From the NCBI GenBank assembly GCA_963831935.1, contig CAWHSH010000014.1:192353-256352 (forward strand): DNA of 64,000 nucleotides, written 5' to 3'. Position numbers and translations under genes: made by a program. This document shows positions 20,226-30,672 of this stretch, in pieces (the stretch's first letter is position 1; each line of letters begins with the position of its first letter). The DNA comes from an uncultured Bacteroidales bacterium (lineage in GTDB: Bacteria > Bacteroidota > Bacteroidia > Bacteroidales > VadinHA17). The notes under the pieces are model-generated. The model was not told the origin of the DNA. It searched no databases and worked only from the letters and a program-made list of their open reading frames with translations.

Positions 20226-22333
20226 ATGAAAAAAGCAGCGTTATTCATTATTATAGTCACTGTAGCATTCGCGTCATGTAAACAAAAAAAAGAAAATGGG
20301 AATCCCTTTTTCAGTGATTTTGACACTCCGTTTGGGGTTCCTCCCGTTCGAGCTTATTAAGGCATCTCATTTTAAGCCGGCATTTCTGAAGGGTTTTGAA
20401 GAACAAAAGGCCGCAGTAAATAAAATAACAAGAAACCGGCAGGAGCCGGATTTCAAAAATACAATAAAGGCCCTGGAATACAGCGGCGAGCTCCTGACAA
20501 AAGTCAGCAGGGTTTTTGGCTCTCTCAACTCAGCCAATACAAATGATTCCTTGCAGGCTATCAACATGGAGATTGCTCCTCTATCGTCCAAACACAGGGA
20601 TGATATCAATCTGAATGATACACTGTTCCGGAGAATAAAATCAGTTTATGAGAACAGGGATAATTTCAAATTGACTCAGGAGGAAAAGAAGGTCCTTGAT
20701 GATACTTACAAAAGCTTTGTACGGAACGGAGCAGAGTTATCGCCTGAAGACAAGGAAAAACTTCGCAGTATAAATGAGGAACTTTCGCTTCTCTCTGTAA
20801 AATTCGGTCAGAACCTTCTGGCAGAAACAAATGCGTTCAAGCTGATTATTGATAATAAGGAAGATCTTGCAGGATTGCCGGAGGGAGTCATTACCCAGGC
20901 TGCAACGACGGCTGAAAAGATGAACCTTAAGGGTAAATGGGTATTCACAATCCAGTATCCAATCATGGAACCCTTCCTGAAATATTCCGAAAAACGTGAT
21001 TTGCGCCAGAAGCTCTTCACTGCTTACTTCATGAAAGGTGATAATGACAATGAAAAGGATAACAAAGCAATAATAGCCAGAATAGCAAGGCTAAGGGTGG
21101 AACGGTCGAAACTTCTCGGTTATAAAAGCTATGCCGATTTTGCCCTTGAAAGGAATATGGCCAAAACACCCGAACGGGTAATGGAATTTCTTGGACAGGT
21201 ATGGAATGCAGCAATTCCCTGTAGCTAAAGCCGAGGCAGCCGCTCAGCAGGAACTTATCGATAAAGAGGGGAAGAAATTCAGGCTTGAACCATGGGACTG
21301 GTGGTATTACACTGAAAAAATAAAGAAGGAGAAGTATGCGCTTGATGATGAATTGACCAGACCGTATTTCAAAACGGAAAATGTTATTGAAGGTATGTTT
21401 TATGTAGCTAACCGCCTTTATAACCTTTCTTTTACCAAAAGAACCGATATACCGAAATATCATCCCGACGTTGTTACATATGAGGTAACCCGGGATAACA
21501 AGCATGTCGGAGTGCTTATGATTGACAATTATCCGCGTGCTTCAAAACGTGCCGGGGCGTGGTGCGGCGCCTACCGGGGACAGAGCCGTGACATTAAAGG
21601 TAAAATGATCCACCCTGTTGTTACCATGGTCACTAACTCGACTCCGCCAACAGCCGGCAAACCTTCTCTTCTGACACCGGACGAAGCAACCACCCTGTTC
21701 CACGAATTCGGCCATGCCCTTCATCAGCTCCTTTCAAACACAACATACCCTGGCGTATCAGGCACTTCGGTTCCACGCGATTTTGTGGAGCTGCCTTCAC
21801 AGATAATGGAACACTGGGTGCTTGAGCCCGAAGTTCTGAAGGTATACGCAAAACACTATCAGACAGGAGCGGTGATTCCCTCAGAAATAATTGAAAAACT
21901 TGATAAGGCAGGCAAGTTCAATACAGGTTTTACAACGGTGGAATTTCTGGCCGCTGCCCTGCTGGATATGGAATACCATATTCTTACCGAACCTGTGGAT
22001 CTCAATATCAGGGATTTCGAGAATCAGGTTCTGGACAAATACGGGTTAATACCGGAGATCAAGCCAAGATACAGATCAACTTATTTCAACCATATATGGA
22101 GTGGCGGTTATGCCTCGGGATATTACAGTTATTACTGGAGTGAGATGCTTGATGCAGACGCTTTCCAGGCATTCAGGGAAACAGGAGATATTTTCAACCG
22201 CGAAGTTGCTTCCAGATTTGAAAAAGAAATCCTTTCAAAAGGTGGAACAGCTGATCCGCTTGAAATGTATATCGCTTTCAGAGGGAAGGAACCAAGTATT
22301 GATGCCCTGCTTGAAAACAGAGGTTTGAAATGA
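20226..22333 (+). CDS. dcp: M3-family metallopeptidase (peptidyl-dipeptidase Dcp-like), lipoprotein signal; 2 frame changes
   Basis: MKKAALFIIIVTVAFASC start at 20226. Fragments 20296..21228 and 21191..22333. Zinc motif TLFHEFGHALH. Colinear with Dcp/oligopeptidase A. Confidence 0.85.
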
Positions 22334-24387
22334 AAATCAACAGATTACTTTTTATTTTCTTGCTCTTTACTGCTTCAGAAAGCTTTGCCGGTGTGAAAGC
22401 GCCTTTGGCTGTTGACGGGATTATTGATCTTCGGGAAATTGGCAGGAGTAATAATTTTGTTATAACCCTCAACGGTGAATGGGAATTTTACTGGAAAGAA
22501 ATGCTCCATCCTAATGATTTTAAGGTCGCCGGAAGTTTTAAACCCAGCTGCTTTGGACACGTCCCGTCATATTGGACAGATTACTCGCCCGGGCTGGTAA
22601 AAACAACCCCAATGGGATTCGCCACCTACAGACTTGTTGCCTTACTGCCACCGGGCTTCAGGGAATCCCTGGCCTTTGACATGCCTGTATTCGATTCTTC
22701 CTATGATATTTATGTTAACGGAAATTATATGGGAGGAAACGGAACCCCAGGAAAAACAGAAGCGGAAACCAAACCTTGGTATGAAAAGCTCATCTTCAGA
22801 TATACTCCGACATCCGATACCGTTTCAATAATAATAAACGTTTCAAATTTTCACCATCGCCGTGGTGGCTTCTGGTTACCGGTAAAATTTGGCACTTTTT
22901 CAGATGTTCAAAAGCACTATGCGGCATCCTGGGCCAGGGATTGGTCGACCGTAAGCCTGCTTCTCGGATTTTCACTGCTTTTCCTGTTCTTCTTCGCAAT
23001 TTATCCGAAGGACCGCCTTATAGGATTCTTCAGTCTTGCAACAATCGGGCTCGCACTCAGACCATTATTCACCTCAAATTATCTGATTAATAATATCATA
23101 CCTATCAGCTGGACCTGGATCGTCCGATTTGAATACCTCGGACTATACCTTATTCTTATTGGATGGTATTGGTTTACCCTGAATCTCTATCGAACAAAAT
23201 ACTTCAGAATTATAACGTGGATCATAACGGCTATTTTTTCGACGGCCTTCCTCCTTACATTGTTCCTTCCTGTACGTATTTTCAGCAATACAACATTTAT
23301 CATTTATCCTTCCCTGATCTTTCTCATGGGCTATGCTCTGGCCCACAATATAAGGGGATTTCTAAAAAAGAACACTGTTGAGTATGTTTACTTCGCAGCA
23401 TTCATCCTGCTGTCAGTGGCTGCAATACACGATGTCAGGGTTTCCCTTGGAAAAGCAGCAACAACTTCAGGTTACATACTTGCTTATGTCCTTGTTCTGT
23501 TTGTTTTTATTCAGGCTGTAATGCTTCTTTACAAATGGGTGAAATCCTTTTCTGAAAAGGAAAAACTTCAGAACGATCTGGAGTACATGAACAGGAACCT
23601 TGAAATCATCGTCAATGAAAGGACACAGGAAATAAAAGCACGTAAAGAAGAGATAGAAAATCAAAATGTCAAAATAGCCTTTCAGAACAAGCAATTATCA
23701 GAGACAATTCAGTTAAAAAACAAGATCTTTTCGGTAATTGCCCACGATCTGAGAAGCCCTGTTGTCAACATTCTCTATATGCTTAACCTGCTTAAAGAGA
23801 AGGAATACAAGGAGAAATATGATTACTTTGCAAACGCAAGCATTCAATACTCGCAGCAGGTAATAAACCTGCTGGAGAACATGCTGGTATGGGGAAGAGG
23901 TCAGGAGGACAAGATCAAGTTCTCCCCTGAGAGAAGGGACCTTGCAGATATTATACTGACAAACCTGAGCATCTTCAAGGAGACGGCAGATAATAAGGAG
24001 ATATCTGTAAATTTCACCCAGATCGGAAATTCAAAGGCATTCTTCGACAAGGATCTTCTGGATATAATAATAAGGAACCTCCTGTCAAATGCGGTCAAGT
24101 ATACCCCCAGGGGTGGAAGGATCAGCATCCTTTTGAAGGATAAAACACTCAGCGGGGAAGGAATTGTATTAAAGGTCTGCGATAATGGCATCGGTATTCC
24201 TCCGGTTAAACAAAAGTACCTGTTTACCGCCACGGAAGTTGAAAGCACACCTGGCACTGAAAATGAGAGGGGAACTGGCTTCGGTCTGAAACTCTGCCAT
24301 GAACTTGTCAAGATCAACAATGGAACCATAACGGTTGAAAGCAAGGAAGGCGAAGGGACCTGCTTCACGATAACCCTCCCGGAATAA
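22330..24387 (+). CDS. 7TMR-DISM sensor histidine kinase (extracellular DISMED2-like domain, 7 TM, coiled coil, HisKA, HATPase_c)
   Basis: Intact 685-aa ORF. H-box FSVIAHDLRSP; N/G boxes NLLSNAVKYT, DNGIGIP, GTGFGLKL. ATGA start/stop overlap with dcp. Confidence 0.85.
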   Translation: MKINRLLFIFLLFTASESFAGVKAPLAVDGIIDLREIGRSNNFVITLNGEWEFYWKEMLHPNDFKVAGSFKPSCFGHVPSYWTDYSPGLVKTTPMGFATYRLVALLPPGFRESLAFDMPVFDSSYDIYVNGNYMGGNGTPGKTEAETKPWYEKLIFRYTPTSDTVSIIINVSNFHHRRGGFWLPVKFGTFSDVQKHYAASWARDWSTVSLLLGFSLLFLFFFAIYPKDRLIGFFSLATIGLALRPLFTSNYLINNIIPISWTWIVRFEYLGLYLILIGWYWFTLNLYRTKYFRIITWIITAIFSTAFLLTLFLPVRIFSNTTFIIYPSLIFLMGYALAHNIRGFLKKNTVEYVYFAAFILLSVAAIHDVRVSLGKAATTSGYILAYVLVLFVFIQAVMLLYKWVKSFSEKEKLQNDLEYMNRNLEIIVNERTQEIKARKEEIENQNVKIAFQNKQLSETIQLKNKIFSVIAHDLRSPVVNILYMLNLLKEKEYKEKYDYFANASIQYSQQVINLLENMLVWGRGQEDKIKFSPERRDLADIILTNLSIFKETADNKEISVNFTQIGNSKAFFDKDLLDIIIRNLLSNAVKYTPRGGRISILLKDKTLSGEGIVLKVCDNGIGIPPVKQKYLFTATEVESTPGTENERGTGFGLKLCHELVKINNGTITVESKEGEGTCFTITLPE

Positions 24388-24419
24388 ATACCATAATATT
24401 CCGGTTTTTTAAGAGCATC

Positions 24420-25091
24420 TCACTCCCTGGTAAGGTCTGAAAGCCTTTTCTTATCCAGTATTCTGACGTATCGGCCTTTTGTATAGATCAGTCCTTCATT
24501 TTCAAGCTCGCCTATGGCCCTTCCGATAGAGGGACGGGTAACTCCGAAAAAATCTGCAAGGTCATTCTGTGTCATATTCAGAGTGGTCTCTGTTGTGTTT
24601 TCTCCGGTTGACTGAAGAATAAACTGAGCCAGCTTTTCTTTGATGGTTTTGAAATTGAGAAACTTAATTTTCCCGGAAAGGAATTGTGACCGGTTTGAAA
24701 TCATGTCCAGAAAATTGACAAGGATCTTTTCATTGCTCTTCAGCAGTTTGAGAAAATCGTGTTTTTCGATTACAAGGAGCTCAGTATCTGAAACTGCGAC
24801 AACATTTACCGGAAAAGTGTTTAAGTTACCGAACATAAATGCCGGTGCAAGCGCTCCCGGTGCCGGAATATCCTCAATTTTTATCACCCGCCCGGCATAA
24901 TCGACCATTTCACCTTTGACAGTCCCTTTTATAACTACCATCATGGAAGTGACGTGTTCACCGCCCTGGGCTATCAGCGATCCGGTTTTGTATCTTTTGA
25001 TCCTGTGAGGTATCAGTGACATAGCTTCCCGGATCTCTTCCAATAAAATATTCCTGAAAAGCGGAGCCTTAATAAGAATTGAATAATCCAT
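24420..25091 (-). CDS. Crp/Fnr-family transcriptional regulator (possibly HcpR-type)
   Basis: Intact 223-aa ORF. cNMP-binding-like beta-barrel followed by a C-terminal HTH (TQNDLADFFGVTRPSIGRAIGELENEGLI). Divergent from a GTAAC-N4-GTTAC palindrome. Confidence 0.85.
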   Translation of the reverse strand: MDYSILIKAPLFRNILLEEIREAMSLIPHRIKRYKTGSLIAQGGEHVTSMMVVIKGTVKGEMVDYAGRVIKIEDIPAPGALAPAFMFGNLNTFPVNVVAVSDTELLVIEKHDFLKLLKSNEKILVNFLDMISNRSQFLSGKIKFLNFKTIKEKLAQFILQSTGENTTETTLNMTQNDLADFFGVTRPSIGRAIGELENEGLIYTKGRYVRILDKKRLSDLTRE

Positions 25092-25292
25092 AGTTTTTCT
25101 AAAATAGGTACCTTAAAAATCCATAAAAAATGAAAAGTATCAAAATTATTCTGATAATCATCCTTATACCAAAGAGTTACTTTGCCGGAGCACAGGAGCA
25201 AATCCCTGATCACTAATCCATCGCGAACTTTGGGGTTTATTCTTAATGGGTTAGATTGGTCAGGAGTAAATAAATTTTAAAAACTTCTTCAT

Positions 25293-25310
25293 TTGTAACA
25301 TATGTTACAA
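25293..25310. promoter_or_regulatory. Perfect 18-bp palindrome TTGTAACATATGTTACAA: candidate Crp/Fnr (HcpR-type) operator
   Basis: Read directly. 55 bp upstream of the ATG at 25366 and 201 bp from the regulator start. An extra half-site-like TTTGTAAG follows. Confidence 0.55.
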
Positions 25311-25365
25311 TTTGTAAGTTTCTCTTTTATCATTTTTGCATTATAAAATAACAAATGCAATACAA

Positions 25366-26238
25366 ATGAAAAGAGACATTCTGAAAATAGACGAGGATTT
25401 ATGCAATGGCTGCGGGCAATGTGTCCCGAATTGTCATGAGGGAGCATTGCAGGTCATTGATGGAAAGGTCAGACTGGTAAGTGAACTTATGTGCGACGGT
25501 TTAGGCGCCTGCATAGGGCACTGCCCGGAAGGGGCGATCACAATCGAAAAAAGGGAAGCTGAACCCTATAATGAATCAAAGGTGATGGAACAGATGAAGC
25601 ACAAAGGGAAAAATACCATCATTGCCCACCTCAGGCACCTGAAGGAACATGGTGAGACAGGATTCCTTCAGGATGGCGTCGGTTATCTCAGGGAACACAA
25701 GGATGAACTTAATTTTGACCTCAGGGAAGTAATGTCAGAAGTCCATAACAGCAGTCAACACCAAAAACAAGGAGGGGAAGGATGCCCCGGATCGCGGGCA
25801 ATGATCATTGAGAAGCCCAGGTACTCTGACAATCAAATGCCTGCGGCTGACCAGCCTTCTGAACTAAGGCAATGGCCTGTGCAGATGCATTTACTTAATC
25901 CAAATGCACCATATTTCAGGGGAGCCGATCTGCTGCTGGCTGCCGATTGCGTAGCTTACTCAATGGGAAATTTCCACAGCATGCACCTCAGGGGGAAATC
26001 GCTGGCAATAGCCTGTCCGAAGCTCGACCACGGTACAGATATTTACGTGGAAAAACTTACATCCATGATTGATATTGCCAAAGTCAATACCATAACTGTA
26101 ATGATGATGGAAGTGCCATGTTGCGGGGGATTGCTTCAAATGGTCAGGGCAGCAATGGCTAAAGCGGCACGAAAAGTGCCTGTGAAACAGATGATAACAG
26201 GCATTTCAGGAGAGGTATTGGCGGAGGAATGGGTGTGA
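25366..26238 (+). CDS. Ferredoxin-domain Fe-S protein with a Cys-containing C-terminal domain of unknown function
   Basis: MKRDILKIDEDLCNGCGQCVPNCHEGAL... (CX2CX2CX3C) and CDGLGACIGHCP. C-terminal AADCVAY, IACPKLD and EVPCCGG. The listed ORF begins at a TTG (25336); the ATG at 25366 is preferred. Confidence 0.7.
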   Translation: MKRDILKIDEDLCNGCGQCVPNCHEGALQVIDGKVRLVSELMCDGLGACIGHCPEGAITIEKREAEPYNESKVMEQMKHKGKNTIIAHLRHLKEHGETGFLQDGVGYLREHKDELNFDLREVMSEVHNSSQHQKQGGEGCPGSRAMIIEKPRYSDNQMPAADQPSELRQWPVQMHLLNPNAPYFRGADLLLAADCVAYSMGNFHSMHLRGKSLAIACPKLDHGTDIYVEKLTSMIDIAKVNTITVMMMEVPCCGGLLQMVRAAMAKAARKVPVKQMITGISGEVLAEEWV

Positions 26239-26346
26239 CATGCTATATATCACAAAATCCTCCGTTAAATTGCTTCCTAAAAAAAAATTATATATTTTCG
26301 CAGACCGATAGTAGAAAAAGGTTTTAGCTAAATAAATATCCAGTTT

Positions 26347-29300
26347 ATGTTACAGGACAAAATTCAGGAAGCATCAGCTAATCAGAAGCTTTACCTGGGA
26401 ATTGATGTTGGATCTGTTTCTCTCAATACGGTGCTTTTGGATGAAAGCTATAATGTTCTAGAGAACTATTATGATTATGTTCATGGGAAACCGTTTAATG
26501 TTCTGGAAGAGAGACTATCAACAATTTTAGGAATTCATCCTGCAGAAAGCATTTGCGGAATATCCGTGACAGGCACAGGCGGGAAGCTAGCTACAGAGTT
26601 AATTGGTGGAATATTTGTAAATGAAATAATTGCACAGGCAACCTCTTCGGGAAGACTGTTTCCTGAAGCCCGGACTGTTATCGAGATCGGCGGAGAAGAT
26701 TCAAAACTTATAATTCTTGAAAAAGATCCCTCAAACGGTCATTCACGTCTTGTCGATTTTGAAATGAACAGTATATGTGCCGCAGGAACGGGATCATTTC
26801 TCGATCAGCAGGCCAGAAGAATCGGAGTTCCCATTGTAAATGAATTCGGAGAGATGGCTTTGAAATCGGTCGATCCTCCCCGGATAGCAGGAAGGTGCAG
26901 TGTCTTCGCCAAAAGCGATATGATTCACCACCAGCAGATCGCCACTCCGCTTCATGATATAGTAGCAGGATTATGTTTTGCTCTTGCCCGTAATTTCCGG
27001 AGCAACGTGGCAAGAAGCAAGGAGATAAATAAGCCCGTTATCTTCTCAGGTGGCGTTGCTGCCAATACAGGAATGATAAGGGCTTTCAGGGAGGTCCTCG
27101 ACCTGAAGGGTGATGAGCTTATAATTCCCGAATATCATGCCTCGATGGGCGCCATAGGCGCGGTTATGTATGCCCGTTCCAATAACCTGGAGATGAACCA
27201 TTTTAAAGGGATGGGAAAACTGAAGGATTATCTTTCGGATGATACAATCCGAGTTCAACAGCCTTCCACCCCTGAAGGAATCTGAAGCAGTTTACGATAA
27301 AACCGTGCATTTCAGAAAGAACGGAATAAAACGTCTTCCGGTTTATCTCGGAATTGATGTCGGATCATTAAGCACCAATGTTGTGCTGATCGATGCCGAC
27401 CATAAAGTTATTGCCCGGCGTTACCTGCCAACTGCAGGCAAGCCTCTGGAAGCCATTCAGAAAGGGATGACTGAGATATTCGATGAGGTAGGGCAGGACG
27501 TGGAAGTTATTGGAGCAGGGACAACCGGATCGGGAAGGTATCTTACCGGCGACTTCATAGGTGCTGATACAATTCAGAACGAGATAACCGCCCAGGCTAC
27601 TGCCGCAATTGATTATGACCCTACTGTCGACACAATTTTTGAGATCGGTGGTCAGGATTCAAAATACATAAGCATTGAAAATGGTGTGGTTGTCGACTTT
27701 GAGATGAATAAGGTTTGCGCCGCAGGGACGGGCTCATTTCTTGAAGAGCAGGCCGAAAAGCTTAATATAAATATTGTGGATGAGTTCGGATGCATGGCAT
27801 TAAATTCGGAATGTCCAGTAAAACTGGGCGACAGATGTACTGTTTTTATGGAATCTGACCTTAATTCGTATCATGCAGAAAGGTGCCAGAAATGAGAATC
27901 TTGTCGGTGGTCTGGCCTATTCAATCGTATACAACTATCTCCAGAAGGTTGTTGCCGACAGAAGGGTCGGCAACAAGATCTTCTTCCAGGGAGGAGTAAC
28001 CAATAATAAAGCTGTTGTAGCAGCATTTGAACAGGTTACAGGCAAGAAAATAATCATCCCGCCGCATTTCGATGTCACAGGTGCCATAGGCGCTGCAATT
28101 CTTGCACAGAGATCAATGAAATAAGGACAAAAAACCACTTTCAAGGGCTTCGGGATCAGAAATGCTACATATACCATGAGCAGGTTTGTCTGCCAGGCCT
28201 GTACAAACCATTGTGAGATCAGAAAAGTCAAAATAGCCGGAGAAAAGAAATCGCTTGTTCTATGGCGGAAGATGTGAAAAGTATGAAACTGACGGCCGCA
28301 AGAAAGCTGTCAGGTAATATTCCCAATCTTTTCAATAAAAGGCTGGAGATGCTGATGGAAGGATTACCGGGAGAAAGATAAGGATCAGGAAAAAACCACC
28401 GCACTATTGGAATTCCAAGGGCTCTGATGGTTTTCTACCAGCAGTTCCCGTTCTGGAGAACTTTCTTTGAGGAGCTTGGATTTACAGTGGTCATTTCAAA
28501 AGAATCGGATAAAGAACTTGTAACCAGATCAATTGAGACTATTACCACAGAAACATGCCTTCCGGTTGAACTGATGCATGGACATGTTATTGATCTTATC
28601 GAAAAAGGAGTTGATTATATCTTTCTGCCGTTCATTGTTAATGCCAAATTCAAGGAAGGGAACAAGACATTCAACTGCAACTGCCCATGGGTCCAGACTT
28701 ATCCGTTTATGGTAAAAGCAGCCCTGAAAGGGAAAATTGATGAATCAAAACTTCTGATCCCGACACTTCATTTCAGATTCTTTGAACGTGCTCTGGTAAA
28801 GGAGATGACAGCATATTTCAATGATAAATTCGGATCTGGGAAAAGAAGAAATCAGAAAAGCCATTTATAAAGCTGATGATGTTCAGGTTGCATTTGAAAA
28901 ACGTCTTGTGGATTACGGGAAAGAGGTTCTTAAAGAATATTCCCGAAAATTGCCGTCCGGTTGTACTGCTTGGAAGACCTTATAACAGCACTGATCCCCA
29001 TCTGAATCTGGGTCTTGTTGAAAAGCTTATCACTCAGAATGTTATGCCTATTCCTATTGATATGCTTGATCTTTCACCTTACAATATCTTTGAGAACTAC
29101 AGGAATATGTACTGGCCTAACGGGCAGAAGATCATTGCTGCTGCCCAGCATGTCGCAAAAACTGACGGATTGTATGCTGTTTATCTGAGCAATTTCCGCT
29201 GCGGACCTGATTCATTCATATGGCATTATGTTACTGAGGAGCTGAAAGGCAAACCGTTCCTTCATCTTGAGGTTGATGAACATTCTGCCGATGCCGGTAT

Positions 29301-30625
29301 GGTTACCCGTATTGAAGCATTCCTCGACAGCCTGAAAGGTTCGGAACAGAATGAGAAGAAAGAGGTTAAGATCTTCAGGCCAAGGCCAAGTCCCGCATCA
29401 CCTCCAAAAGACAGGGTATTATATTTTCCATATATGAATGACGGTGCATATATGCTTGCTGCTGCTGCCAGAAGCATCGGAGTTCCCTCTGAAGTGCTTC
29501 CAAAACAGACTGAAGAAGATCTGGCAATCGGAAGAAAATATACTTCTTCAAAAGAGTGCTTTCCTATGATCTGTACCACCGGAAGCTTTATAAAAAAATT
29601 ACAGGAACCCGGAGCAGATCCTTCAAAAATGAGCTTCTTCATGCCCGATCATAACGGTCCATGCCGGTTTGGACAGTATAACCATTTTCACAGGATACTT
29701 TTGACAGGCTGGGCTTTGAGAAAGCTGAACTTATAACACCTTCAAATGATACATCTTATGAAGATGTCGCCGGGGAACATGGACAGAAATTCAGGATCAA
29801 TGCATGGAAGGGATTTATTGTTGCTGATTATATCAGGAAGATATACAGGGAAACCAGACCTTATGAGATCAATAAGGGTGATTCAGACCGGCTATATGAA
29901 GATGCAATACATCAGACTGGAAAAATGTATTGAAAAAGGCACCAAGAGGACTTCATAAAGTTCTTGCGGAGATAGCCTCAGATTTTATGGCAATCAAGGT
30001 CGACAAAAGCGTAAGGAAACCGGTTGTGGCAATTATCGGTGAAATATTTATGCGCGACAATGCCGGGTTGTAACGGAAACATTGCCAACCGCCTTGAAGA
30101 TCTTGGTGTTGAGGTAGTTATAGGTCCGTTTTCAGAATGGATCTATTATTCGACCTACAGGTTTCACCCGCGACAGCAGGTGGAAAAATGATAAGAAAGG
30201 AATTATAAAATCCAAGATTCAGGGATTCGGTCAGGATGTAATTGCAAATTCACTATTGAAAGGGATCAAGAAATTCACCGATCATGAGAAAGATGTATCA
30301 CTTCACGAAATGCTGAAGCTATGCAACACTTATGTGAATGAGTTTTATGACGGTGATCCGCCAATAGCAATGGGTACTTCGGTTGCTCATGACAAAAAGA
30401 GGCGTTTCAGGTCTTGCTGCCATACTGCCGTTTACCTGCATGCCGGGAACTCTGATAGCCTCAGTAAGCGATTCCTTCCGGAAGGATCATAACAATATCC
30501 CGTTCATTAATATTGCCTATGACGGTCAGGATACTGTTTCCCTTGATACAAGACTACAGGCTTTTGTATTCCAGGTAAAGGAATTTGCAGCTGTCATCCG
30601 AACCGGTGACAGCATGACAGAATGA
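26347..30625 (+). CDS. Giant acyl-CoA-dehydratase-activase-related fusion (2x BcrAD/BadFG/HgdC-type ATPase plus Cys-rich DUF2229/HgdB-like region); at least 8 frame changes
   Basis: ATPase 1 at 26347..27285 (LGIDVGSVSLNTVLLD...CAAGTGSFLDQQA). ATPase 2 at 27239..28124 (LGIDVGSLSTNVVLID...CAAGTGSFLEEQA...FFQGGVTNNKAVV). Downstream fragments (28427.., 28876.., 29746.., 30256.., 30383..30625) carry FVCQACTNHCE, FNCNCPW, SNFRCGPDSF, SKECFPMICTTG, HNGPCRFGQY and PFTCMPGT. Confidence 0.75.
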
Positions 30626-30671
30626 TCACCGTATTATAATACGGTTTTAAATACGGTTTTTAATACGGTGA
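30626..30671. terminator. Hairpin with a triplicated right arm between convergent genes (TCACCGTATTA ... AATACGGTTTT x2 ... TAATACGGTGA)
   Basis: tcaccgtattataatacggttttaaatacggtttttaatacggtga. On the + strand the first two arm copies are each followed by a T-run, giving an intrinsic-terminator shape for the activase gene. Confidence 0.55.
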
Positions 30672-30672
30672 T

